From Octopus sinensis (Eukaryota), in the NCBI RefSeq assembly GCF_006345805.1, contig NC_043016.1, positions 4,154,001 through 4,218,000 of the forward strand: DNA of 64,000 bases, given 5' to 3'. Each line of letters starts with the position of its first letter. Within the stretch, counting starts at the first letter, position 1. A model generated the notes under the pieces. The model saw nothing but the letters and a program-made list of their open reading frames with translations. It was not told where the DNA came from and did not search any database. Both the position numbers and the translations under genes were made by a program. Positions 51,952-63,423 of this stretch are shown here, piece by piece.

Positions 51952-51983
<32 letters not shown>

Positions 51984-51986
<3 letters not shown>

Positions 51987-52540
51987 TGCCCTGATGCAGT
52001 ATCAGGCTTTCTGATCTTATGGCTTCTGATCTTAACCGATTGGAAGTGTTATCATGTACATTGTTTTGTCTTGGTATAAAAGATGGGCTACAGCAAATAT
52101 TCTGCTCAATACCACAGATTTGCTTGTCAGTTCTTTGACCTTAACCGGTTGAGCATGTCCCTTAGTGGCTGACGATATGTGCATCTCCGATCACGAGCAG
52201 AAGTAGTGGGGGAGCATCATAGCCATGTGTTGAGAGGGATTCTTTGGGGTTTGAATAATTTACCTTTGGAAACATGAGTGGTTCGTTCAACATCCTTAAC
52301 CAACCCTTATTCAGGGACCTTTTGAGCAGTATGGGTTACTTGACCAGAAGAAAATTCTAACTGGACCACACCTGCAGGGTCATGTGCTGTTTATCTTGAT
52401 ATGAGATCACCATGTCATGCACATATGGTTGTGATGCATGTGCCTGGTGTACCCCTATCAGATGGGTAGTCATGATGGGTATATTGGGCTTCGTATATTT
52501 TACCCCGGTGTCACTTTGATGGCATTCACTGCTCTCCCAC
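51984..52540. mobile_element. Unclassified non-coding interspersed element X, ~557 bp
   Basis: Flanked by (TAA)n on both sides; partial second copy at 21752; no TIRs or tRNA boxes recognised. Confidence 0.75.
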
Positions 52541-53016
52541 ATAATAATGGTTTCAAATTTTTCCACAAGGGCAGCCATTTTTTGGGGGGGTGGGGTTGAC
52601 TGGTATTTATTTTATTGACCTTGAAAGGATGAAAGGCAAAGCTGACCTTGGCAGAACTTGAACTCTGAACATAGCAACGGGCAACATACCACTAAGCATT
52701 TTGTCCATCATGCTAACAATTCTGCCAGCTCTCCACCTTAATGATAGTGATGATAATAACAACAACAACAACAACAATAAAAATGTTGATGATGATAATG
52801 GTTTCAAATTTTGGTACATAGCCAGCAGTATTAAGGGATGGGGTGATTCGATTGCTTTAACCCCCAGTATTGATCCTGTAAGGATGAAAGAGATAATCAC
52901 AGTGTTCAACTGGTATTTTATTATATTGATCACGAAAAGATGGCAGGTAAAATCAACCGCAGCAGAATTTGAACTCAGAATGTAGAGGCATACAAAATGC
53001 TAGCATGTTAGCAATT

Positions 53017-54752
53017 AAGAACAGCATTCATAGTTGGAGAATATGTATTTTCTGTAACAAGCAGCACTTAGCTGATATATCAGTCAAAAGAGGTATCTTC
53101 CAAAGAGACTCTTGTTCACCTCTGCTATTTGTTAAAGCCTTGATCCCACTTTCTGTAGTGCTACCTAAAATCAACGTGCACTATGAACTGACAAAAAATG
53201 GGCCTCATTTCAACTGCCTTCTCTTTATGGATGATTTAAAACTGTTGGCAAAAACAGAGCCTGAAATGGAGAGGCTGGTTGAGACTGTTCAAATGTGCAG
53301 CAAGGATATAGGGATGGAATTCAATATCTCAAAGCATGCAGTGCTTACTCTGAAGCAGGGTAAAGTGTAAATTGTAGGGGTATAGAATTGCCAAATGGAA
53401 AGAGAATGGAAGACACAGATGATGAAGGGTACAAGTTCGTTGGGATCCTGGTGCTGAACAATATCTTGCACAAAGAAATGAAAGACAAGGTCATCACTGC
53501 AAATTTCAAGCATTTCAAATTTCTCTTGAAATCAAAACTCAGCTCAAGAAACCTTGTGGCTGCTATCAGTATATTGGCAGTTATTGTAATCTGCTATGGT
53601 GCACTCATCCTGAAATGGGCACAAGTGTAGATTAACCAACTCGATCGCAATACCCAAAAGATAATGACAATGTAAGGTGCCCTCCACTCTAAGGCAAATA
53701 TACACAGGCTTTACATGAAGAGAGGTAAGGGTGAACGTGGGCTGATTAGCATCAACAGTGAAAGAAGAATCATGGCAGAATATTTGGTAAAGCAAACGTG
53801 ACCTGCTACAGTATGCTGCTAAGGCAGATGGAGTTAACAAAAATGGACTTGAGAGTTCTCATGAATTCCGATCACGTACAGCCAATGAGAGAGAAGAAAC
53901 CCCACTCTGTATGGAATTACATAATCAGTTCCACCTTGAAACCAACAAAGTAAAAGACCAGGAAACATCATGGCGGTGGCTCGACAAGGGTGGCCTAAAA
54001 AAGAATACTGAAAGCCTAATCCTCGCTGTCCAGGACCAGGCATTGAATACCAACTCATTGAAAAAGAATATATACCACACAAGTATAAAGAGCCTCTGCA
54101 GAATGTGTGGGAAAAGGGTCAAAGTGTGACACACATTGTTAGTGCTTGTGGAAGTCTTGCCCAGGAAGAGTACAAGCGTAGACACAACAAGGTAGCCCCA
54201 AACCTTCACTGATTACTATGCCGTATGTATGGATATGAAGTTACGGGTGCTTGGTACCAACATACACCGGAAAATGTAATGGACGAAAAGGAGAAGGCAA
54301 AAATCCTCTGGGACTTTGATTTCCAGACAGACAAGGTGTTAGAGCACTGAAGGCTGGATATAGTAACCTTCAGGAGGGACAAAGAAACGTGCCTAATAAT
54401 TGATGTAGCAGTGCCAGGAGATCAACATATCATCAAGAGAAAAGATTGATAAATAAAGAGACTTGAGAATTGAGATTGCTAAGATGTGGCAGCTACCAGA
54501 AGCGAAAATAAAGGTTATCCCTATTGTCATTGGAGCATTGAGTTCAATAGTACCCAATCTGAAAAAGCATCTGAAAAATACCCTATAATCTCGATTTATT
54601 GAAAAAGTCAGCATTATTTGGAACTGCACGCATATTATGTAAAGTACTGTCTGTCTGAGGTCCTTGTTATAACTTGATAAACAGTACAAACCCCCAGTAG
54701 ATACAATATCTTCCATCACCAACCTCACAATATTGTATACTGTGCGACGTCT
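53017..54752 (+). mobile_element. R4/Dong-clade non-LTR retrotransposon, 5'-truncated, decayed
   Basis: RGIFQRDSCSPLLF, LLFMDDLKL, AVQDQAL, CCHC motif CRMC..HIVSAC, ILWDF..QTD and IIDVAVP (restriction-like endonuclease); ends in (TAA)n at 54753-54797. Confidence 0.92.
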
Positions 54753-55314
54753 ATAATAATAATAATAATAATAATTAATAATTAATAATTATAATGATCT
54801 TTTCTACAAAAGGCACAAGGCCTTAAATCTTGTGGAAGTGGTTTAGTGAATTACATCAATCCCAGTGTTCAACTGGTACTTTATTATATTGACCACGGAA
54901 AGATGGTAGGCAAAATCAACCTCAGCAGAATTTGAACTCAGAATGTAGAGACAAACAAAATGCTAGCATGCTAGCAATTCTACCAAGATCAATAGCAATA
55001 ATCCTCTCTACTGTAAGCATGAAGCGTAAAATTTTGGAGGATGGATCTGGTTGATTGCATTGACACTAGTGCCCAACTGCTACTTATTTTATTGACCCCA
55101 AGTCAATAAATTAAAGGCTGACTTTGGTGCATTTGAGCTCAGAATGTAAAGAGCGTGAGGAAATACTGCTAAGCATTTTGTCCTACATGCTAATAATGCT
55201 GCTATCTCCTAGTTCACTGCTTTACCGATGATATTTTTGGGGAAGTGGCTTGTTGATTATATCAACCCAAGTTTTTCTTTAATAGTTATGCCTATTTACT
55301 GCCTTGATAACTAC

Positions 55315-55359
<45 letters not shown>

Positions 55360-56708
55360 GACAACAGTAATAAAAATACTACAATTTTTTGACAGTACTT
55401 CATTCTAAGATGTACATACATATAAATTTATCACTGAATCTGTTCCAATACTAAAGTAACTATGACTTAATATATAGCAGTATCCTGTGAAGCAAGGATT
55501 ATATTTAGAACATCTACTTACATCAAACTGCCAACACTGTACCATTACTACATCCAGAAGTCTATCACTATACTGCTATACCATATTTATCTGTTATACT
55601 ATATAGTATCTATGTACTATATAATATATGTATACCCCAAACGTGTCTGCTATACCATATAGTATCTGCTATTGTATATACATTTGAATATACCAAATCT
55701 ATCATATAATCCTGATTTAGCTTTTGGTTCCATATATGTAAAGCACTTAGGTTCTTTTCATCAATAGTTTGCCAATATTTCATTGCATCTTTTTGATGCA
55801 CTTTCAACACATTTTTAACAGTTTTGCGGTAGACCTGTCATGGCAAAGATCTATGCCATATTGTCAATTAACCCAGTAATTAATTGTCAAGAAATAATTA
55901 ATCATTCTACTGTGACACATTTAACATATGTTTTCACATTTATATATATATATATTTTTTCATTTTTTTTACATTTTATCTAGTTTCAGCTCACAAGCTG
56001 TGGCCATGCTAGGTCACCACCATATAATATATATATATATAGTCTTATTTATTTATTTTGTTTTGAAACTACCAAACATTTTAATTAAATTTTTTGAGGA
56101 TTGATCTTGGGTTGTGCAAAGAATGTGTATTCATTTATATCCAAGACTAATGAAATGTTTGCATCTGATTAAGATAATTATAATTTGTGAACAAGGATAA
56201 GCAATAATAGTATGATAGAAAAGCAAGAATCAGTAATTAAAGATTTTTATGTTGTTAATGTTGATGCTTAGTCTCAGTATTAACAGATAAGCATTGATAC
56301 TAATCCAAATGTAACCATTTTGCCCTACCCCCACCAATTTTTTTCGGGCTCTGTGCATCTAGGATTACTTATTTTAATATGGTTATGCCCTTTTAAAAGG
56401 ACAATATGAAAAAGGATTGGTTGTTATTTCTCACAGATTGCATGATCACATAATCAGCTAGCTTGTTTACAGATGTACAAGTCTTTTGTATGATGGTTGC
56501 ATTCCTTTGTGTTCTTGTCTGATCAGTCTTGATCAAACTGTTTTATGATCAAATGTAGTCCAGACTTGACCATCTAGTCTTTTCAAATAGCATCTATGAC
56601 CACATTATCTAATATGTGCTTCTCCTTGCTTAAGATGGTGTGATGTCATTTGATAGCTATCTGTCTGCTATTTTTAACAGGTTGAGCAATAATGGGACCT
56701 GTGTCTGA

Positions 56709-57487
56709 ACGTGTCAAAGTGCTGTCATTTGCCTGTTGGCTCTCCTCCTGCAACTCAACTTGATTTCAAGCCGGGTCGTCTGCTGCTGGAGAGGACCGAT
56801 CAGGTAAAGGACCTGGGTATCTTGGTGGATTCCTCCTTTTCGCCTTCGGCCCAGTGCGTCCATGCTGCCAACAAAGCACGCGGAGTTCTGTTCTTGATTT
56901 GACGGTCATTCGGAATGCTCACAGCAGCCATATTCCTACCGCTCTATGTCACGCTGGTGAGACCCATATTGGAGTACGGGATCCAAGCCTCTTCTCCTTA
57001 TCTCCTCAAAGACATACAGCATCTCGAAAGAGTCCGGAAGCTGGCTACCTGCATGGTTCTTGGTCTCAAGAATTTGTCTTATGAAGAAAGGCTGAAGACG
57101 CTCGACCTTTATTCTCTAGAAAAACGCCGCCGCCGTAGTGATCTCATTCTTGCTCACAACATCATAAGCGGAAAGTGTAACCTCTCGAAGGAGCTGTTCT
57201 TCACTCCTGCTCCAGAACGTTGGCTGCGGGGTCATTCCGAAAAGCTTTATCTGCGACGATTACATCTTAATCGAAGGAGAGGGGCTTTCTCCGTCCGGGT
57301 TGCGGATCCGTGGAATAAGCTGCCGGACGAGATGGTGAAGATGCCGACGACTGCTCAGTTCAAAGTCTCCCTTGACCTCAAGTGGCCTGAACTCTTTACA
57401 TGAACACCACCCTGTACATAACTCCATGTCCCCCTACATGGCCTTGCTTTTTTGCTTTTTGAGCCAAAAAATTAACTAAGTAACTTA
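56709..57487 (+). mobile_element. Young CR1-clade LINE 3' fragment
   Basis: VKDLGILVDS, LYVTLVRPILEY, LERVRKLAT, SYEERLKTLDLYSLEKRRRRSDLI, FSVRVADPWNKLP; one in-frame TGA; many CpGs retained. Confidence 0.93.
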
Positions 57488-57503
57488 AAGGCTCACCTTT
57501 TAA

Positions 57504-59186
57504 TCCTTTAGCATTTAATCCATATCCAGCCCAAATATTCTACCTGTTTTAGGTTGAAACTGACCAGATACAACCTCTCACACCTGTCCTACAATGTCAT
57601 TCTAAAAATATACAAATACATCATTGAAATTTTGAAGCTACAAAATAATGTATGACAAATTCAAAACAATCATCATCATCGTTTAACGTCCGCTTTCCAT
57701 GCTAGCATGGATTGTACAGTTTGACTGGGGACTGGTGAGCCAGATAGCTGCACCAGACTCCAATCTGATCTGGCAGAGTTTCTACAGCTGGATGCCCTTC
57801 CTAACGCCAACCACTCCGAGAATGTAGTGGGTGCTTTTATGTACCATCGGCTCGAGGGTCAGTCAGGCGGTACTGGCAACAGCCACACTCAAATGGTGTT
57901 TTTTGCGTGCTACCTACACAGGAGCCAGTCCATCGGTACTGGCAACAACCTCACTCGACTGTTTTTTCACATGTCACCAGCACAAGTGCCAGTAAGGCGA
58001 CGCTGGTAACGATCATGCTTGACTGGTGCTTTTTACATGTCACTGGCATGGAAGCCAATTAGCTGCTCTGGCAACGATCATGCTCAGTTGGTGCTCAGTG
58101 CTCCACTAGCATGGATGCCAGTCATCGAATTTGATTATAATTTCACTTGCCTCAACAGGCATTTGCAAGTAGAGTTTAGTGTCCAATGAAAGAAAGGTAC
58201 GCATAAGTGGGCTGGTTACACTCCTGGCATAGGCCACGAGGTTATGGTCTCACTTGGCTTGCTGGGTCTTCTCAAGCACAGCATATTTCCAAAAATCTCG
58301 GTCTTTAGTCATTGCCTAATGTTCAAAAGTCGTGCTTCACCACTTCATCCCAGGTCTTATTGGGTCTACCTCATCCACAAATTCCCTCAACTGCTAGGGT
58401 ATGGCACATTGTCACACAGCTATCCCCATCCATTCTCACCACATGACCATACCAGTGCAGTCGTCTCTCTTGCACACCACATCTGATGCTTTTTAAGTCC
58501 AACTTTTCTCTCAAGGTACTAATACTCTGTTGAGTATGCACATTGACATTACACATCCATCGGAGCATACTGGCTTCATTCCTCAGCAGTCACGGCCCAT
58601 GTTTCACTGCCATGTAGTATAGCTGTTCGTACACATGCATCATAAAGTCTACCTTTTACTCTGAACGAGAGGCCCTTTGTCATCAGCAGAGGTAAGAGCT
58701 CTTTGAACTTTGCCCAAGCTATTCTTATTCTAGCAGCTACACTTTCTGCACACCTTCCTCTGCTACTGACTTGGTCACCTAGGTAACGGAAGCTATCAAC
58801 TACTTCTAGTTTTTCTCGCTGGAATGTGGCAGAAGTTCTCTGCACATTTTCAGTGTTTATTGCTCCTGAGCATCTGCCACATACAAAAACTATCTTCCCA
58901 GTTAGCCTTCCTTTGATATGTGTCCATAGCTTACACTGGGTATCTCTTATAGAGTTTCTACCTACGCCTTTTCTACAGATTGAGCAGGGCCATTTACCTG
59001 AAGGGATTTGTGGTTTCTCTGCCTTCCAACTTATTAGGACTTTGGTTTTAGCTAGGTTGATTCTAAGGCCCTTCAATTCTAATCCTTGTTTCCACACCTG
59101 AAACTTCTCCTCTAGTTCTGATAGTGACTCAGAATAAATAAGCAATAAATAAGTATATTTGACAAAGAAACCTGAATGCTAAAGGG
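57504..59186. mobile_element. piggyBac-like MITE split by an RTE family A insertion
   Basis: Left part 57504-57670 and right part 59132-59186 reassemble into the MITE seen at 12145-12364 (reverse orientation); TTAA at both ends. Confidence 0.85.
57671..59131 (-). mobile_element. RTE family A, 5'-truncated
   Basis: ESLSELEEKFQVWKQG..WPCSICRKGVGRNS..LHGSETW plus full 3' UTR and tail. Confidence 0.92.
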
Positions 59187-59324
59187 TTAATTTGTAATTT
59201 AGTGGTTAACACTGTGAAGTGTGATGGAGAAGAGCTATTTTCATCTCTCTCTCTCTCTCTCTCACATTTACACAATTTGTTCTTTTATAATTTTCTTTAC
59301 TATTCAAGTTGCTTCGTTATGTAG

Positions 59325-59416
59325 CTGTTTTTGTGTGGCATACAAGTGAGGTTGATATCAAAAGGTCTAGCCCTTCTGATATCATTCCATCTGGGACTAC
59401 TTCTGATTCTTCATAA
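59325..59416 (+). CDS. Candidate phase-1 terminal exon (xVFVWHTSEVDIKRSSPSDIIPSGTTSDSS*)
   Basis: Long pyrimidine tract ending ttatgtag; phase-compatible with the 37061-37171 exon; no homology support. Confidence 0.22.
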
Positions 59417-59454
59417 GAATTAATTTGTATTTAAATTAAAACCTATCAGCTTAA

Positions 59455-59678
59455 CCCATTAAGTCCCACTGTCCTATAAATAGGACACTAAATGAGAACA
59501 TTAAATAAGCTATAATCACATTGTCTCAGTGTCCAATTTATAGGACACCGAGTATTTCCATTTCTACTTGAAGTAAAGGAGTTTTAATAATTATTCTTTT
59601 CATTTTAACCTATTTTCAATCATCTATAAAAATTTAAAAGTAATATTCAGAAATTTAAGTACTCTGGGACTTAATGGG
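59455..59678. mobile_element. piggyBac-like MITE, second family
   Basis: TTAA|CCCATTAAGTCCCA ... TGGGACTTAATGGG|TTAA: perfect 14-bp TIRs with TTAA TSD. Confidence 0.9.
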
Positions 59679-62600
59679 TTAATATTATGCTAGGTTTCTT
59701 TGAGTAAGGGGCCTATACCAATGAGTTTAACTAGAAATATATGTAAAAAGCCATATTAGAAAATCTCTGTCGCTATTCTCTTCCATCCTGCTCAAAATCA
59801 ATTGAAACACAAACTATTTTTTATATTTTTATTTAGAAATTTAGTTACAAAAGGGTTAAAATAACAGATGTATTTGTCTTAGCTGAAAGCTGGATTTACT
59901 TCCTTCCACACTCCAGAAGGAAAACAAAACCAGGTCATTAGTATAATTAATCCTGGTAATTCTCCTACATTTGTTCATCATTTTTTTCTTGGTCATCATC
60001 TGGCTTTTAGTATTTCAATTTTAGTACATACTTTTCTATAATATCAAGTAATCAATAATGATTTCTCTTAAGTTATCTAATTTATAATGCCTTTTTTAAT
60101 GTTTGTGTTGTTTGTTCCTTTTGCTGTCTATAGAACATCATTTCCTCTCTCAATGAATAGTGAACATGTGTATGGGGATTAGTTTAGAATTTAGGATAGA
60201 TTAAAGCTCCAAATCAGTTAGATTCTGTGCTATTCAACTATATGGAAACGTTTACAAATTAGGCCAAATAAATTATATTTGACCTTTCAAAAGTTAAAAA
60301 GAGAAAGAAAAAAACAGAATAGTCCATTCCTTTGTTAGAAATATTTCAATAACTATTTTGGATAAAATATAATTATTAGAAAAGTGAACTAATGCTGAAT
60401 TAAGGATTAAGATAAATTCACAAACATACTCATGAATATACATATGCAGATGCATGAAATTGTAAAAATAGGACAATTTTCTTGAAGCAATTTTTAAAAA
60501 AGAAATGTAAGAAGGTATCTATGTGTCCCTTTGGCTTTGGCAGGTTTTCAATTCCTTGTTATGTGACTCTGCTAATAACATCAATATAGGTGGGTAGTCT
60601 TCATTTTCTGTTTGTGTGCTGAAGTTTCCAAGGTATAACTTTTGATATGGCCTACTATTCAGCTTAATAACATTAAACAACAAAATCCAATCAACAATAA
60701 TAATAGAAATGGGTGGAATGTGCCCATAAACTTTCTCTTTGGTGTTTATGGGAGATGATTTGAGCCCTCGTGTGAAACCAGGTGTACATACCATGAAGGT
60801 GATTTGAAGTTCTTTTTGAAATGAATTGGTAGGTAGCTTTCATTCTCATTTCTCATATTTTCAATCTTCTTTGCATTGGGAAACAGACTGACTTTAACTG
60901 CTATATTCTTAAGGGATCTTAACTCTTGCATATCACAGTTGATGAAATGTAAAGGTAACTGAAAAGAGATAAAAGATCTGCTGATGTCTTAACAACTTTT
61001 GCCTTTGTCTTGGATGGCGTTAATTCTTTCTCTGAAGATGTATTCCAATAGCATCAAAATTAAAGCAATATTGCTATAAGAGTAATCAGAAATATTGATC
61101 AACACAAGGTTTCCCAGAATATCTTACATCCATTTTGATCACCACTTCATCGTCATCAACTTAAATCTCTTCATGTTAGAGTGAACGGTATAGACTTTAG
61201 TTGGGTAAAAATGGTATGTCTAAAACGGTTGATCTGTGAGCAGTGGCTCATTGTTCTGCTAATTACAGGTGTACCATAGCTCTATTCACTGAGAGCTGAC
61301 CTGAGACAGTTTTTAACAAGCATGACACTTGATTAATGACACCATAGATCTAGGTGTGTGGAAGATGTCACACATAACCAAATCAGTGAAGAAAATGGTT
61401 TCTGAGAAAAGTAGTTTAACAGGCCAGTGTGCTTGAAAGAAACTGCTAGAATAAGTCAGTAATTTAAGCACAGCATTCTCCTTCGAAAGAACTAGTTATC
61501 AAATATCTACAAATAACACATGTCCTTAGTCTACACAAATTGACTTTCACAGCCATTATAAAGAAATGAATTTAGCAATTTCTGTAACTCTAACATCTTT
61601 CTTTAGTACACAAAGCTGGATGTTAATTACATAAAGCTTGACGAAACTAAGTTCATATGCCTTTGAATCTGCTCACACCAGTAATTTGGCTGGAAGTCAA
61701 AGGTAAAATAAACAAATTAATTTACTTCCAACAGTTCAGTGTTTATGGACTTTGCTGCCTCACTTTGTTTGTAAGGCCATCAGATGAGATCATACTTTTG
61801 GCTGCAGTAATTTTGATGTACCAGTAGAGATAAAGATTATGGATCCAAATCTTCTGAGATGCTTTTCTTTTTAATCTGTTTTTTAATATGATGCAGGAAA
61901 ATAGCTGGCTTATAGCTCTTCTTAATTGCTACTGGATATTAACTTGGAAAGTTATCTGAAAGTTACATTGCCTAAGCATGAAAGCTAAGCAAACTATTTA
62001 GAGAATTTCTTAACCAACAGGTTAAGTGAGCCTGCATGTGGTTCTTTATTTAGTCTGATGAGTTGGTGACTAAATCCCCATCTAATCACACTTTAAAAAT
62101 CAAGGACATTAATACAGTCTTAGATATATCTGAAAAGAAAAGAGAAAATAGGTACAGCCAGTAATGACTGTAACATTTTGGTTATTTATCTGTTGGGAAA
62201 GAACAAAAATTCATCATAACATCCTTGTTACCATTACAAAATAGGTATAAAAATCTAATTGAAACTGTCACAATATCTATGTAGAATTTCCAAATTCTTC
62301 TATTTTATCTGAACATTTACACTCCACATGAATTCAGTACAAACTACAGGTCACAATAAATCATAACTTTTCACTAAGATTTGTGTGTGTGTGTGATTAT
62401 TTTTGTTGTTACAGTCAACACCTCTTTGAAGATTTCTGTTTTTATTTTGTTTTATTCTGTCGTTACCATCATCATAGCCATCATTATTTTACTTCAGGAG
62501 GCATCTGTGTGAAGACATATGGAGATATTCTTACATGATTGAACCATGACAAATATATTTTGGCTAGATTATTCCACCTTTTGCTGAATTTCTCCTCCTT

Positions 62601-63084
62601 GTTCTCCTCAGTTAGCATAATGGTGTGTTTGTATTTAATCATGTCATATGTAAATCCATTAGGACTCACTTGTATAAACATGTAGCAGTATAGTTTAGTA
62701 GTTTATTTTAAAGTCATGCAACCATGTTTGGAAGTGAAAATAAGATTCTACCAAAATGTCATTACTATGGTGAAAACAAAATGGAAAAAATAACTCAAGA
62801 GCAAAATCATACGCAATTCCTGCTCTTTTTTTTTTGTCTCTTTTTGTTATAGATGTATTTACAACAAGTTATATTATACGCATGTGGGAATATGAAGAAG
62901 AAGTGTTTTGTGATGTCTGTTGTTGACATTGTTATTCCGTTTGAGGCTCAGCTATGATCCAGGAATGTTGCAGCAGCACCAGCTCCCCCACCACCACCAC
63001 CACCACTAAGTGGCATAGGTAGCATTGTGTATCGATGACTACATTTTCCATGGTACCCTATCTCTTTTTCAAGACAGGTTGTAA

Positions 63085-63300
63085 AGGTGTGTGGCCTAGT
63101 GGTTAGGATGTTGTACTCATGATACTAAGATTGATTCCTGGACTGGATGCTGTCTTCTGTTCTTGAACAAAACATTTCATGTTGTGCCATTTCACTCGGC
63201 TGTAATTCTGTTTAGCCTGTGACAGACTGGCATTCAGTGGTGGATGTTGTGGCCTTGGTCATCTTATCCCTGTGGAAACCTGGTAATTGAGTCCTAGCAG
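63085..63300 (+). mobile_element. Degenerate tRNA-derived SINE (family 3-like)
   Basis: gtgtggcctagtggttagg head and cctgtgacagactggcat 3' segment. Confidence 0.55.
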
Positions 63301-63423
63301 TCAAGACAGTAATGTCCAGCAGTTGATGATGAAAATGATGTATAATATGGAGGAGATTTAGCTGTTATTTTCAGTATGCCTCAAGATCTCCTGGTTGATT
63401 TGATTCATGTCTAATGTGTTCAT

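Larger units (their letters stand above)
50636..55275 (-). mobile_element. Pile-up of at least 8 SINE family 2 copies, all on the minus strand
   Basis: Copies near 50636, 50868, 51085, 51300, 52548, 52798, 54798, 55000, each with a gaatttgaactc-type B-box complement, mostly separated by TAA/TGA-rich linkers. Confidence 0.8.

Noticed and set aside
60300-62700. Several 60-90-aa minus-strand ORFs and protein-like fragments in unique sequence
   Set aside because: Frames are interrupted, no family motif is recognised and splice signals are inconsistent.
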